DNA of 64,000 bases from an uncultured Hyphomicrobiaceae bacterium (GTDB lineage: Bacteria > Pseudomonadota > Alphaproteobacteria > Rhizobiales > Rhodomicrobiaceae): positions 1,478 to 65,477 of the forward strand of contig CAYOUE010000001.1 in NCBI GenBank assembly GCA_964407075.1, given 5' to 3'. Both the position numbers and the translations under genes were made by a program. Of the stretch, positions 1 to 9,412 are shown one piece after another (within the stretch, counting starts at the first letter, position 1; the number at the start of each line of letters is the position of its first letter). The notes under the pieces were generated by a model, which worked only from the letters and a program-made list of their open reading frames with translations, did not search any database and had not been told where the DNA came from.

Positions 1-71
1 AAGTCACAAGATAACACAACTGATTGTAATTCTTTTGTTTTTTTTAAGCCTTTTTATGATCGCTGGAAAAG

Positions 72-105
72 CATGGGTTGCGTTTCCTCTGAAGCGCAAC
101 CCATG
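72..105. other. Perfect 11-bp inverted repeat (catgggttgcg ... cgcaacccatg, 12-nt loop) in the AT-rich leader upstream of the porin gene
   Basis: Read directly from the sequence. There is no adjacent U-run on either strand, so it is not called a terminator. Confidence 0.3.
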
Positions 106-196
106 ATTTGTAGTCCGGTTTCCGTCTGACATCTTAAATATCTGCGCGCATGAAAGTTTCGGCTTTCTTCGCGTCAAGATATCAGATGGGGACATT

Positions 197-988
197 ATGT
201 TGCTACGCGTTATAGGCGGTCTTTCAGCCGCAGTATTACTTTCTTCGGCTGCGTCAGCCGCCGATTTGTACCGTGACCGTGTCGGGCCAAGCCTAAAAGA
301 CGCTCAGGTGGAATATGTGCCGCCGATCGTCTGGACCGGCTTCTATATTGGCGCTCACGCCGGTTATGGCTGGGGCGATCATACCGTCTTCTCCGGCGAC
401 GGCGGATTTTCGAGCGGAACTGGCGATGCTGACCGCGAAGTTAGCTATGAAAGCGACGGCTTCCTTGCCGGCGGGCAGGTAGGCTACAACTGGCAGAAAG
501 ACCAGCTTCTTCTCGGCCTTGAAGGTGATCTGGGCTATCTCGGCGTCAAGGGCGACGGCAAGAATCTGACCGAGGGTGGTGAAGTCAGCGATGTCGCCGA
601 GTCCGAATTCGGCGCCTATGGCCTGATCGGCGCGCGCATAGGCCTTGTGAATGATCGTTCGCTCTTCTACGTCAAGGGCGGCTACGCGTTGGCAAGGCTG
701 GAGACGATCGCGGGCGATATTTCCGGCCCGGACGATGACCGCAAGCTTGATGAAGATGACGCAACGTTCCTTGACGAACCGCTCCACGGCTATGCGATCG
801 GCGCCGGCGTGGAATATGCGCTCGGCTCGAACTGGACGGTGAAGGCGGAGTATCTGTATTTCGACTTCGACGAGGAGTCTTCGACCAATCTCCAAGACGA
901 GACTTTCACACATGAAAACGACCTTCACACCGTCAAGATCGGCGTGAATTATCTGTTTTCATCGCCCTCATACGAGATATTAAAATAA
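197..988 (+). CDS. Outer-membrane beta-barrel protein, Omp25/Omp31/RopB-type porin family
   Basis: Signal peptide ends SAASA/AD. Contains the GFYIGAHAGYGWG motif, alternating aromatic/Gly beta-strand pattern and a barrel-closing HTVKIGVNYLF near the C-terminus. ATG at 197, with a terminator downstream. Confidence 0.85.
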   Translation: MLLRVIGGLSAAVLLSSAASAADLYRDRVGPSLKDAQVEYVPPIVWTGFYIGAHAGYGWGDHTVFSGDGGFSSGTGDADREVSYESDGFLAGGQVGYNWQKDQLLLGLEGDLGYLGVKGDGKNLTEGGEVSDVAESEFGAYGLIGARIGLVNDRSLFYVKGGYALARLETIAGDISGPDDDRKLDEDDATFLDEPLHGYAIGAGVEYALGSNWTVKAEYLYFDFDEESSTNLQDETFTHENDLHTVKIGVNYLFSSPSYEILK

Positions 989-1021
989 GCGGACGTCCCT
1001 AAACAGTACCGCTCCTGCGCA

Positions 1022-1054
1022 AACTCCCGCTCCATTGGCGAGCGGGAGTTTTTT
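1022..1054 (+). terminator. Rho-independent terminator after the porin gene
   Basis: aactcccgctc-cattggc-gagcgggagtt stem-loop, immediately followed by a tttttt run. Confidence 0.8.
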
Positions 1055-1361
1055 AATTTGCCAGACGATTTCGCAAGGCCGGATCGACTGCATGCGTCAT
1101 ACGCCGCAAAGCTGGCGATGGGAAGCAGGGGACCGGAGCCTGCGCCGAAGCGTGTGACAAAACTTAAAACATCCCTCGCTGTATTCATGATTTCAGTTAT
1201 AAATGAGAATGTTGATAGCTACCATGATGGCTAGGCCAATGTCTGATACGGCATGGTCACGCGAAAGTGAGGCTGAGCAGCTTTTTTCCGGTTAATCCAA
1301 TATTGGAACACACTTACTGAGCGCCACTGACGAATTCCGGTTCAAGGTCCGGCGTTCCAGG

Positions 1362-2777
1362 ATGAATGGCGCTGCGATGGTCGATTTTCTTTTCAGATTC
1401 TGGACACGCCTCAAAACGGGCGACCTCTTGACGCTTGCCGGCTTGACGATCGGCGTTGTGGGACTGGTGATCGGCATTCTGGCCTGGCAGTTCCCGAAAG
1501 CGCCGCAGACCGCGCCAGCCGCTATTCCTCCCGAACTTGAATCCCTCATCGAGACGGCTGTCGCCAAGGCCCTGGCCCGCAACGGCGCAGCGGCGCGTCC
1601 GGGGGAAGCAACGGGCTATGTCGAAGACGCGAGGGACGGCGTCGCCACCGTGGCTGAAGAAGGCGGCGCGGCTGGCGCGAAAGCTCTGGAGGAAGCCAGG
1701 GCCAGAGGCGATCTGACTGCCGTCAAGAGCGTGCTGCAACGCCTTGCCGAAGAGGAGGAGGCCAAGGGCATGGCGGCGAACGCTTCGGCCGCTGAACGCT
1801 ACCGGGAGCTCGGAGCCATTGCCTTTCTGAGCGATACCCACGAGGCCTTGCGGGCTTACGCCAAGGCGGCGGAGCTTGATCCGGAAAACCCTGTCGGCTG
1901 GAACCAGCTCGGACAGTTGCAGTACCGCATAGGCGATCTGGACGCAGCGCAAACCAGCTTCGCCAAGGTCCTGAGCCTCGGCGACAGCCTCAATGACAAG
2001 CACTGGCAGGCCCGCGCTACCGGCAATCTTGGGCTGGTCTTCCTGACGCGCGGGGATCTCGACAGGGCCGAGGAAATGCATCTCAAGAGCCTGAAAATCG
2101 AGGAGGAGTTGGGCCGCAAGGAAGGTGTCGCCATCACCACCGGCAATCTGGGGGTGATCTACCAGACGCGCGGCGACCTCGAAAGCGCCGAGGAAATGTT
2201 CCAGCGCGCGCTCGCACTCTCGGAAGAGCTCGGCTACAGGGAGATGCAGGCCATCGTCACCGGCAATCTGGGAGTGATCTACAAAACGCGCGGCGAGCTC
2301 GAAAGGGCTGAGGACATGTTCCAGCGCGATCTCGCCATCTCCGAAGAACTTGGCTCCAGGGAGGGGCAGGCGCGCGCCATCAGCAATCTGGGACTGATCT
2401 ACAGCGAGCGAGACCAGCACGACAAGGCCGAGGCGATGTTTCTCAAGAGCCTGAAGATCGACGAGGAATTGGGCCACAAGGAAGGCATGGCCTCCGATTA
2501 CGGCAATCTGGGCGTGATCCATCAAACACGCGGCAATCTCGGCAGGGCCGAGGAATTGTATCTCAGAAGTCTGAAGCTCAACGAGGATCTGGGCCGCAAG
2601 GAAGGCTTGGCCTCCGATTACGGCAATCTGGGGATGATCTACAAAACGCGCGGTGAGCCGGACAAGGCCTGCGCCTATTGGCGCAAGGCGCGCGATCTGT
2701 TCCGCGACGTCGGTATCCCCGCGCAAGTTGCACAAACCGAGGAACTGATGCGTGAGGCGGTCTGCCCGGCTGGCTAG
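1362..2777 (+). CDS. Membrane-anchored tetratricopeptide-repeat (TPR) protein
   Basis: N-terminal hydrophobic helix (LTLAGLTIGVVGLVIGILAW), followed by many TPR units of the form GNLGxIYxTRGxLxxAEEMxxxxLxIxEELG. The start could also be the Met at 1377. Confidence 0.85.
   Translation: MNGAAMVDFLFRFWTRLKTGDLLTLAGLTIGVVGLVIGILAWQFPKAPQTAPAAIPPELESLIETAVAKALARNGAAARPGEATGYVEDARDGVATVAEEGGAAGAKALEEARARGDLTAVKSVLQRLAEEEEAKGMAANASAAERYRELGAIAFLSDTHEALRAYAKAAELDPENPVGWNQLGQLQYRIGDLDAAQTSFAKVLSLGDSLNDKHWQARATGNLGLVFLTRGDLDRAEEMHLKSLKIEEELGRKEGVAITTGNLGVIYQTRGDLESAEEMFQRALALSEELGYREMQAIVTGNLGVIYKTRGELERAEDMFQRDLAISEELGSREGQARAISNLGLIYSERDQHDKAEAMFLKSLKIDEELGHKEGMASDYGNLGVIHQTRGNLGRAEELYLRSLKLNEDLGRKEGLASDYGNLGMIYKTRGEPDKACAYWRKARDLFRDVGIPAQVAQTEELMREAVCPAG
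2019..2738 (+). repeat. Six in-frame tandem units with an exact 120-bp period inside the TPR gene
   Basis: The motif (a/t)(c/a)cggcaatctgg or its variant recurs at 2019, 2139, 2259, 2379, 2499 and 2619, with long nucleotide-level similarity between units. Confidence 0.9.
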
Positions 2778-2812
2778 TTCAAGACGCCGTTTTCCTGCAG
2801 GGCGTCACGCGG

Positions 2813-3658
2813 TTAGCTCCCATCACCATACTCGTCGCCGGCCCGATACAGCACATCGATCGTCGGCGCGTTGATGAGCTGCTTCGGCGAAACCCAGAAG
2901 CGGCGCTTGAAATCGGGATTGCCGTCGAGCGCCAGGCCCATTGCCTTCCACGCGCTCAGCCAGACGAGCTTGGAGCAGTAGAACGCCTCTTCGTCTGATA
3001 GGTCGAAGCTCCAGAACCAGTAGTCACGCCCGAGGAACTGTTTCGCCTCGGTAACGATTGCGGCGCGTTCTGCGGCTGGCCGGTCCTTCACGCGCCCGTG
3101 CGAGACATTGTAGTCCTTATGGATCTCGGCCCAGTCCGCATAGGTCATCCGCACCACGCCGTCGGGAAAGCGGCTGTAGAGCGCGTCATAGCGCGTCTCG
3201 CCCTTCGGGATCGCTTCGACGACCCAGCGATTGCCGCTGGCATCCACCTCGACGATGGCGACATGGCCGACCTGCGGCAGCCCCACGGCGCGCGGCGCGA
3301 GTTCGCGGCTCTGCGGATCTTCGGCCTGAAAATAGCGGGCGCGGAACTCCTCGAAGGTCAGCGGCTCCAACTCGTCCGCAAGCGCCTGCTGTTCGGGATC
3401 GCCGGATGCGCGCGCGCTTTCGATGAATCGCCGCTTTTCCGCCTCCCAGGCCGCGCGTTCGGACTCGGCATCGGCGCCGTTCGCTTCGCGCGTGAAATAG
3501 GGGATCGGCGCGCCGGGCAGGGCGGGCCACAGGAGATCGCCGCTCTCGAAGGTGGCTGGATCGGGATGCGGGAGCGCGGGGCCTTCAGGCTCTTCGGAGC
3601 ATCCGGCGAGGCCCGCCGCGATCAGGACCATCGCAAGAAAAGATCTGAAAATGCCCAT
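2813..3658 (-). CDS. Lipoprotein, permuted papain-fold YiiX/YaeF-like (NlpC/P60-related) putative peptidase
   Basis: Lipobox LAGC follows MGIFRSFLAMVLIAAG. GHVAIVEVD and FYCSKLVWLSAW motifs resemble the YiiX/DUF830 family. The start is set at the internal ATG (3658) that begins the signal peptide. Confidence 0.6.
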   Translation of the reverse strand: MGIFRSFLAMVLIAAGLAGCSEEPEGPALPHPDPATFESGDLLWPALPGAPIPYFTREANGADAESERAAWEAEKRRFIESARASGDPEQQALADELEPLTFEEFRARYFQAEDPQSRELAPRAVGLPQVGHVAIVEVDASGNRWVVEAIPKGETRYDALYSRFPDGVVRMTYADWAEIHKDYNVSHGRVKDRPAAERAAIVTEAKQFLGRDYWFWSFDLSDEEAFYCSKLVWLSAWKAMGLALDGNPDFKRRFWVSPKQLINAPTIDVLYRAGDEYGDGS

Positions 3659-3749
3659 TGTCGCGCCCTCCCCCGTTTCCGGCCGCCCCTCCGGCAAAAA
3701 GAAAAGGCGGCTCGACACCGCCTTTCCTTACCCATTCGATCCGCTCAGG

Positions 3750-6092
3750 TCAATTCAGCGGGACGTTCAGCCAAACCTTGCCGCTCCACGCTTCCAGGTC
3801 GTCGGAGCCGATGCCGTCATAGGAGCCGGCGGCGCGGATCGCGTAGCCGTCCGCCGAGCGCATGATGAAGCCGCCCTCGACCTGCGCGCGGAACTGGTCG
3901 ATGTCGACAGTGCCGGTGCTCAGCTCGATCTCGTCGCCGTCAAAGGTCCAGATCCCCTTGAGCGCGACGTGAGGTTCGAAGGTGGAGCCGTTCTCGTACA
4001 TGACCTTGTAGCCGAATTCCGGGCCGAAGGTCAGCCGGCCGATCGTGGCGTCGACGCTTCCGACCGTCTGTCCGAGGCTGGTCAGATAGCTGTCCGACAC
4101 CTCGTTGCCGTAGGCCACGCCGACATGCGGGGAGACGCGCCAGCTGCCGTAATAGTAGTTGCCGGTCAGCGTTGCCGTGGCGAGCCAGCGGTCGGTGTCG
4201 AACTTGCCGGTGCGTGGGCCGATCACGTCGTCATCAAGGTCGATCTTGTTGCTCGACCGTCCCCAGGCCGCGCGGGCGTCGAAGAACAGGTCGTCGCGCA
4301 GCTTCACGCCGAGATAGGGACCGGCCATCCAGCCCGTGCCCGAAACCGAGCCGGTCAGATTGTCAGGGCCGCTCACATCCTCGTCCGTGTGATCGACCTG
4401 CACGAGGCCGCCCAGCAGCACGCCCGGCGCGATGGCGTAATCCATGCCCACATAGAGGATGCGGAAATCGCCGTCGCGGTCGTAGCCCCCGGTCAGATCG
4501 TCATAGCTGGCGATCTGGCCCTCGACCCAGAGGTCGAACCGCTGCGACAGGGCGTAGGGCGTATGGCCGGAATAGCTGTCGCCGAAGGAGAAGCCGGCGT
4601 CGGCGATCTTCTTCGAAGCCGCAGAGGCTGCCGCGGAGCGGATCTGGCTGAGGCTCGTGGAGAAGGTCACGTCGGTCTGGCCGTCCTTGACGCTGCCCGC
4701 CATTTTTAGCGGCTCGTAGCTTCCGCCGTCCTTCAGGCTCTCGCCCGGCTGCTGGTCGAGACGGCGCAGGATGCGGGCGCGGTCGGGGCCGTAGGTCAGC
4801 AGATTGTCGACGCGGCGGTGGATGAACAGCTTGGTGATGTCTTCGCCGGGGTCGTCGGTCTTCTTCCTGTTTACAAATGTGCAGGTGACATTTTCGCCAG
4901 GACTTAGATCAATGTCGTCAGCAGGATATGTTTCATTATTCAAACCACGGCAAATCGAGCTAACAAGTTCCCAGTCGTCAGGAAGGCTGGTCTCAGTCAC
5001 AGAATAATTACCAGCTTCGAGATCACCAATTACACTAGAAAAACCGACGCCGTCCGTTGTTTGTATGACTGGGTTTTCGTTCGTTAGCCCTGGCCCAGTG
5101 ACCGAGAAATGAAACTCACCATCGCCGAATTCTGCGATTTTCTCGATCAGGATTGAACCTTTATCAGGCTCAACACCTTCTTTTGCCTTGTTTGTAAACG
5201 TGCAGACGACTGTTTCACCTGCGGCAAGGTCCGGTATGCTGATAGGAAGATTCTCTTCGTCGATAATGTCATCACCGGCAGATCGGTTACAGGTGGCGCT
5301 GACAAATTCCCAGTCATCGCTATTATTAATTACCTCTGTAACATCATAATCCTCACCAGCTTCCCTTGTAAATACAGAAGACATTGCAGGGTTTGCCAAG
5401 TCAGTATTCAGTGACGTTACAATATCACTTTCAATTTTGAATTGAAAACCATCATCGGTCGACTGAAGTGTTGTTCCATCACTGGCCACCGTTTTCTTTT
5501 TGAACTGTATCGAACCCTCATTCTGCATAGGCACGCCGTCGCAACGGTAAAAGTCGATGTGCGATAGGTCCTTGCTTCCCAAAGTGCTTGTTGACCAACT
5601 GCCTTCGGTTACTCCAACGCCATCAGGAGCGCCATATTCATAGATAGATACCCCGCCGCCGCTATTTGCATTGTCGTTGCCTGCTTTAACGATAACAAAA
5701 CAAATCGGCTGGTCGCTCTTCCAGTTTCCACTCGACCCGCCTTGATTGACGGAAATATCGACGCTTACGCCTTCGACACAGATCTGTTGGCCGCCCCCGA
5801 CATTAATCCGTTCAACGAAATGAACACTACCCGGTGATCTGCCGCTGAGCGCTTCAAGCGCATCCTCGTTGTCCGAAATATTCTGCGGACTCGTGCCATT
5901 GGCAATTTCATTAGGCGGAGGGGGATTTGTCGCGATTAAGTCGCCTGTACTTCCACCAGAGCCAGCGTCGCATTGCGCAAGTGCCGACGCAGCAAAGCCG
6001 CTCATAAAGAAAATACAAAAACTGAAAAACAGTGCAGTTGTGTGTTTAGAAGCGAAAGACGCACGCCCACGCCCAAAAAGCGAATAAATCAT
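3750..6092 (-). CDS. Autotransporter with a C-terminal beta-barrel translocator and a passenger carrying two prealbumin/Cna-B-like fold repeats
   Basis: N-terminal signal peptide (FFMSGFAASALAQC). Two about 110-aa repeats end in ...GE(T/N)V(V)CTF(T/V)N(K/R)K. The C-terminal approximately 280 aa has the typical autotransporter barrel pattern (DLWVEGQ...GMDY...WSGKVWLNVPLN). Confidence 0.85.
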   Translation of the reverse strand: MIYSLFGRGRASFASKHTTALFFSFCIFFMSGFAASALAQCDAGSGGSTGDLIATNPPPPNEIANGTSPQNISDNEDALEALSGRSPGSVHFVERINVGGGQQICVEGVSVDISVNQGGSSGNWKSDQPICFVIVKAGNDNANSGGGVSIYEYGAPDGVGVTEGSWSTSTLGSKDLSHIDFYRCDGVPMQNEGSIQFKKKTVASDGTTLQSTDDGFQFKIESDIVTSLNTDLANPAMSSVFTREAGEDYDVTEVINNSDDWEFVSATCNRSAGDDIIDEENLPISIPDLAAGETVVCTFTNKAKEGVEPDKGSILIEKIAEFGDGEFHFSVTGPGLTNENPVIQTTDGVGFSSVIGDLEAGNYSVTETSLPDDWELVSSICRGLNNETYPADDIDLSPGENVTCTFVNRKKTDDPGEDITKLFIHRRVDNLLTYGPDRARILRRLDQQPGESLKDGGSYEPLKMAGSVKDGQTDVTFSTSLSQIRSAAASAASKKIADAGFSFGDSYSGHTPYALSQRFDLWVEGQIASYDDLTGGYDRDGDFRILYVGMDYAIAPGVLLGGLVQVDHTDEDVSGPDNLTGSVSGTGWMAGPYLGVKLRDDLFFDARAAWGRSSNKIDLDDDVIGPRTGKFDTDRWLATATLTGNYYYGSWRVSPHVGVAYGNEVSDSYLTSLGQTVGSVDATIGRLTFGPEFGYKVMYENGSTFEPHVALKGIWTFDGDEIELSTGTVDIDQFRAQVEGGFIMRSADGYAIRAAGSYDGIGSDDLEAWSGKVWLNVPLN

Positions 6093-6480
6093 CGGGTCCC
6101 CACCCTCTCCAAAATGTGCCTTGGCGAACCGGCTACGCGCTGCCCGCGGAAGTGCCCGCCCGCGGTCAGCCTGGGTCCGTCATCAACGCGCCTCGCTCAC
6201 GGCGCCGCCAACGAAATACGAAAGAGCAGAAAAAGCCTGAGCCGGCTTCGGCTGCAGTCTGCGCCACGCTCAGGACACATTTCAATATTTATGGAAATAG
6301 AAGGTGGGGTTGTTCTGCTGAATTCTTATGCAATGCGACAGAAAAGCGACGATATTAAAGCAATTACCACTATAGATTGCAGGTTTGGGTAAGAAGACAA
6401 TAGTAATGCAACTTTAAATTGCACTCAAACATCCCAAAATTCAGATGCCGCCGCTGAAGCAGAATCGGAATGCGCGCGCC

Positions 6481-7578
6481 TCACGCGGCCTCCCCACTCG
6501 TCGCGTCCGCCAGCAGCGGCATCACTTTCTCCGCCATCAGGATCATGGAGCGGCGGCCGAGTTCGCGGTCGGTCCAGTCATGTCCGGCATAGACGAGATG
6601 GCGGAACGGGCCGGTGGTCTCGCGCAGCGCCAGGATCTGATCCGCGACGGATTGCGGATCTCCGTAAATGACGAGCCGGTCGAGAACGCCGTCCAGCGTC
6701 ACCGCCTCGTCGGGCGTTTCCGGATCCGGCTTGAACAGGTTCAGCCGCCCGCCCGCGCGCATCTTGGCCAGGAGCTGCGAGAAATAGAGGACGTAAGGGC
6801 TGCCCGGATCCCTGGCATAGGCGCGCGCGGTTTCCATGTCGTCCGCCACGCAGATGTTCTTGGCCACGCGCCAGTCATCGTAGCTCGCTTCGCGCCCGGC
6901 CTGCCTGCAGCCCTCGGCATAGTTAGGCCAGTGGGTCGCGACCCATTCCGGCAGCAGGAAATTCGCCGAGATCGGCTGCCAGCCGCGCGCGGCCATCGCC
7001 GTCACCCCTTTCGAGAAGGGCGCAACGACCGTGCCGATGATCGGCGGATGCGGCTTCTGGTAGGGGCGCATGATCTCGCCCTGTCCGATTTCCGGGATCA
7101 TCGTCCTGGCCGTGGAGACTTCGAAGAACCGCCCCTTGAGGTCATAGGGCGGCGCGCCGGCCCAGATGCCGAGCACCATGTCGATGCATTCGACGAACAT
7201 GGCGTTCCGGTCCTTGCCCAGATTGCCGAAGGCTTCGGCGTCGGACATCAGGCCGCCTGGTGATATGCCGAAATTGAACCGCCCTTCGAGCATGTGGTCC
7301 AGCATCGCGACTTCGGCCGCGACGCGCACCGGATGGGAGTTCGGCAGGTTGACCGTGCCTGTGCCGAGCCGGATGCGCTTCGTTTCGTAGGCAAGGCTGG
7401 CGAGGAACGCCACGGTCGAGGTGATGTTCTCGGCCATGTCGGTGGAATGCTCGCCGCAATAACCTTCGGCGTAGCCGAGTTCGTCCGCAAGAAGAAACGC
7501 CTCCCGGTCTTCGGCCAGGCATTGCGCCACGGGTTTGCCCAGCGGATGGATCGGCATGGTAAAGAAGGACAGCTTCAT
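6481..7578 (-). CDS. LLM-class (luciferase-like) flavin-dependent oxidoreductase
   Basis: MKLSFFTMPIHP start and overall luciferase-like monooxygenase look (LimB-like). Clean ORF with high GC3. Confidence 0.75.
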   Translation of the reverse strand: MKLSFFTMPIHPLGKPVAQCLAEDREAFLLADELGYAEGYCGEHSTDMAENITSTVAFLASLAYETKRIRLGTGTVNLPNSHPVRVAAEVAMLDHMLEGRFNFGISPGGLMSDAEAFGNLGKDRNAMFVECIDMVLGIWAGAPPYDLKGRFFEVSTARTMIPEIGQGEIMRPYQKPHPPIIGTVVAPFSKGVTAMAARGWQPISANFLLPEWVATHWPNYAEGCRQAGREASYDDWRVAKNICVADDMETARAYARDPGSPYVLYFSQLLAKMRAGGRLNLFKPDPETPDEAVTLDGVLDRLVIYGDPQSVADQILALRETTGPFRHLVYAGHDWTDRELGRRSMILMAEKVMPLLADATSGEAA

Positions 7579-7659
7579 GCGCGTCTCCGGGTGTTTTACG
7601 GAAGTATCGGCCGAAGCACTCGGGGGAAAAAGTGATAGTTTCTGATGCCGAATATCAGA

Positions 7660-8580
7660 TTAGCTGATGCTGACGTTTTCGTCCCAGCGCAGCGTCTTCT
7701 CCAGTTCGGCGCAGAGCAGGGCGTCGAAGGCGCGGGCGGCGTCCGAAAGGCTGCGCGCGACCGGCTCGATACGGATATAGGTGACGGTCAGCGGCGGATC
7801 GACGATCGGCCGGACATGGCGCACCAGGCCGGCTCTGTCAGCCGAGCAAAGGATTCCTGGCAGGATCGTCACCCAGTCCGAGCGGGCGACAAGCTCCAGC
7901 GTTCCGAGCATGGCGTCCAGTTCGAGAATTTCCGACACTTCAAGCCCGTTTTCCGCGATATAGGCGTCGATCCGCCGCCGCCGCGCATTGGCCCGGCTGG
8001 GCAGGACCAGCCTGAGCGGACCGAGATCGGCGAGGCGCACAGGCGCGCGATTGACGCCGCCGGACTGTGCGGCGCAGACGAAATATTCCCGGTCCACGCC
8101 GACCGTGGAGGCGCGCAGCGACGGTGTGTCCTCGAAAGCAGGCACGACGGCGAAATCGAGTTGCCCCTTGGCGGTCATCTCCGAGAGATTGGCCGAATAG
8201 GCTTCATGGATCGAGGCGGTCACGAGCGGATACTGCCCGGTGAAGCGCTGGAGCGCCGCAGGAAGCACGGAGCCGGTAAAGGTCGGCATCAGTCCGGCGT
8301 GGACATGGCCCGTGACCTGCCCCTGCAGGCGTCGCAATTCATCTTCGGCGTCGGACACGGCGCGCAGCACCCTGACGGCGTGCTTGTAGACGCGCCGTCC
8401 CGCATCGGTCGGCGTGGCGCCCGAGGCGTTCCGGTGGAGCAGTGTAACGCCATAGCGCTTTTCGAGATCGCGCACCTGCATCGACAGACCGGACTGCGTC
8501 GCGTTCATGCGCTGAGCGCCCGCCGAAAACGAGCCTTCATCGCAGACGGCGACGAAATATCTGAGCTGCTGCAGTTTCAT
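7660..8580 (-). CDS. LysR-family transcriptional regulator
   Basis: MKLQQLRYFVAVCDEGSFSAGAQRMNATQSGLSMQVRDLE is a winged-HTH typical of LysR. The start is set at the internal ATG 8580, not the ORF-track start. Confidence 0.9.
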   Translation of the reverse strand: MKLQQLRYFVAVCDEGSFSAGAQRMNATQSGLSMQVRDLEKRYGVTLLHRNASGATPTDAGRRVYKHAVRVLRAVSDAEDELRRLQGQVTGHVHAGLMPTFTGSVLPAALQRFTGQYPLVTASIHEAYSANLSEMTAKGQLDFAVVPAFEDTPSLRASTVGVDREYFVCAAQSGGVNRAPVRLADLGPLRLVLPSRANARRRRIDAYIAENGLEVSEILELDAMLGTLELVARSDWVTILPGILCSADRAGLVRHVRPIVDPPLTVTYIRIEPVARSLSDAARAFDALLCAELEKTLRWDENVSIS

Positions 8581-8722
8581 GCGTCCGGTGCCGGCCAGGC
8601 AATCAGCTTTCCTGAAGCATATTATGAGCAAATATCAGATCTTGTGAAGCTCCGGCGCACAAGCAGCGGTTAGCTCGCCGGCAGCGAACCCGTGTTCACC
8701 TTGCGGACGCAGCCTTCCGGCT

Positions 8723-9361
8723 TCACGGCATCGGCATGTCCTGGGTGAATTTCGGCACATGATAGCCCTTCTGCACGGCTGGCCGCGCGGCGATGCGCAG
8801 ATACCAGTCGCGGACATTCGGATAATCCGCGAGGTCGATCTCCTGCCATTCGAAGCGCGAGATCCACGGCCAACTCGCCATGTCGGCAATCGAATATTCG
8901 CCGCGTCCTTCGCCTGCAATGTAGTCGCGGCCTTCCAGACGCGCATTCAGAACCTTGTAGAGCCGCTGCGCCTCGCTGGAATAACGCTCTTCGGCGTATT
9001 CGGACTTGCCCTTGTTGTACTTGACGAAATGATGGACCTGGCCGAGCATCGGGCCCAGCCCGCCCATCTGCCACATCAGCCACTCCATCGCGCGCCAGTA
9101 TTCCTTGCCGGACGGCATGAACTTTCCGTATTTGTCGGCGAGATACAGCATGATCGCGCCGCTCTCCATGAGTTGCATTCCGGTCTCGTTGTCGACGATG
9201 GCGGGGATGCGGTTGTTCGGCGCGATTTTCAGGAAGGCCGGATCGAACTGATCGCCCTTCGAAATGTCGATCGGATGAGCGGTGTAGGGAACGCCCAGCT
9301 CTTCGAGCATGATGGCGACCTTGCGGCCGTTCGGCGTTGTCCATGTATAGAAGTCGATCAT
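8723..9361 (-). CDS. Glutathione S-transferase family protein, Nu-class YfcG-like
   Basis: MIDFYTWTTPNGRKVAIMLEELGVPY...KGDQFDPAFLKIAPNNRIPAIVD closely mirrors the N-terminus of E. coli YfcG. Confidence 0.85.
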   Translation of the reverse strand: MIDFYTWTTPNGRKVAIMLEELGVPYTAHPIDISKGDQFDPAFLKIAPNNRIPAIVDNETGMQLMESGAIMLYLADKYGKFMPSGKEYWRAMEWLMWQMGGLGPMLGQVHHFVKYNKGKSEYAEERYSSEAQRLYKVLNARLEGRDYIAGEGRGEYSIADMASWPWISRFEWQEIDLADYPNVRDWYLRIAARPAVQKGYHVPKFTQDMPMP

Positions 9362-9412
9362 ACAGGTGTCCTTTGTCCGTTGTGGGATTTCCGCCTGCTT
9401 ATCGAGCGGGAA

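Noticed and set aside
4-195. 63-aa minus-strand ORF at the window start
   Set aside because: It lies in an AT-rich promoter or leader region of the porin gene and spans the 11-bp inverted repeat, with no coding-like composition.
1314-2735. 473-aa ORF on the minus strand, the longest in its region
   Set aside because: It is the exact antisense of the TPR gene. Its periodic sequence simply mirrors the 120-bp repeats, and the plus-strand product has clear TPR consensus, so this is a high-GC antisense artefact.
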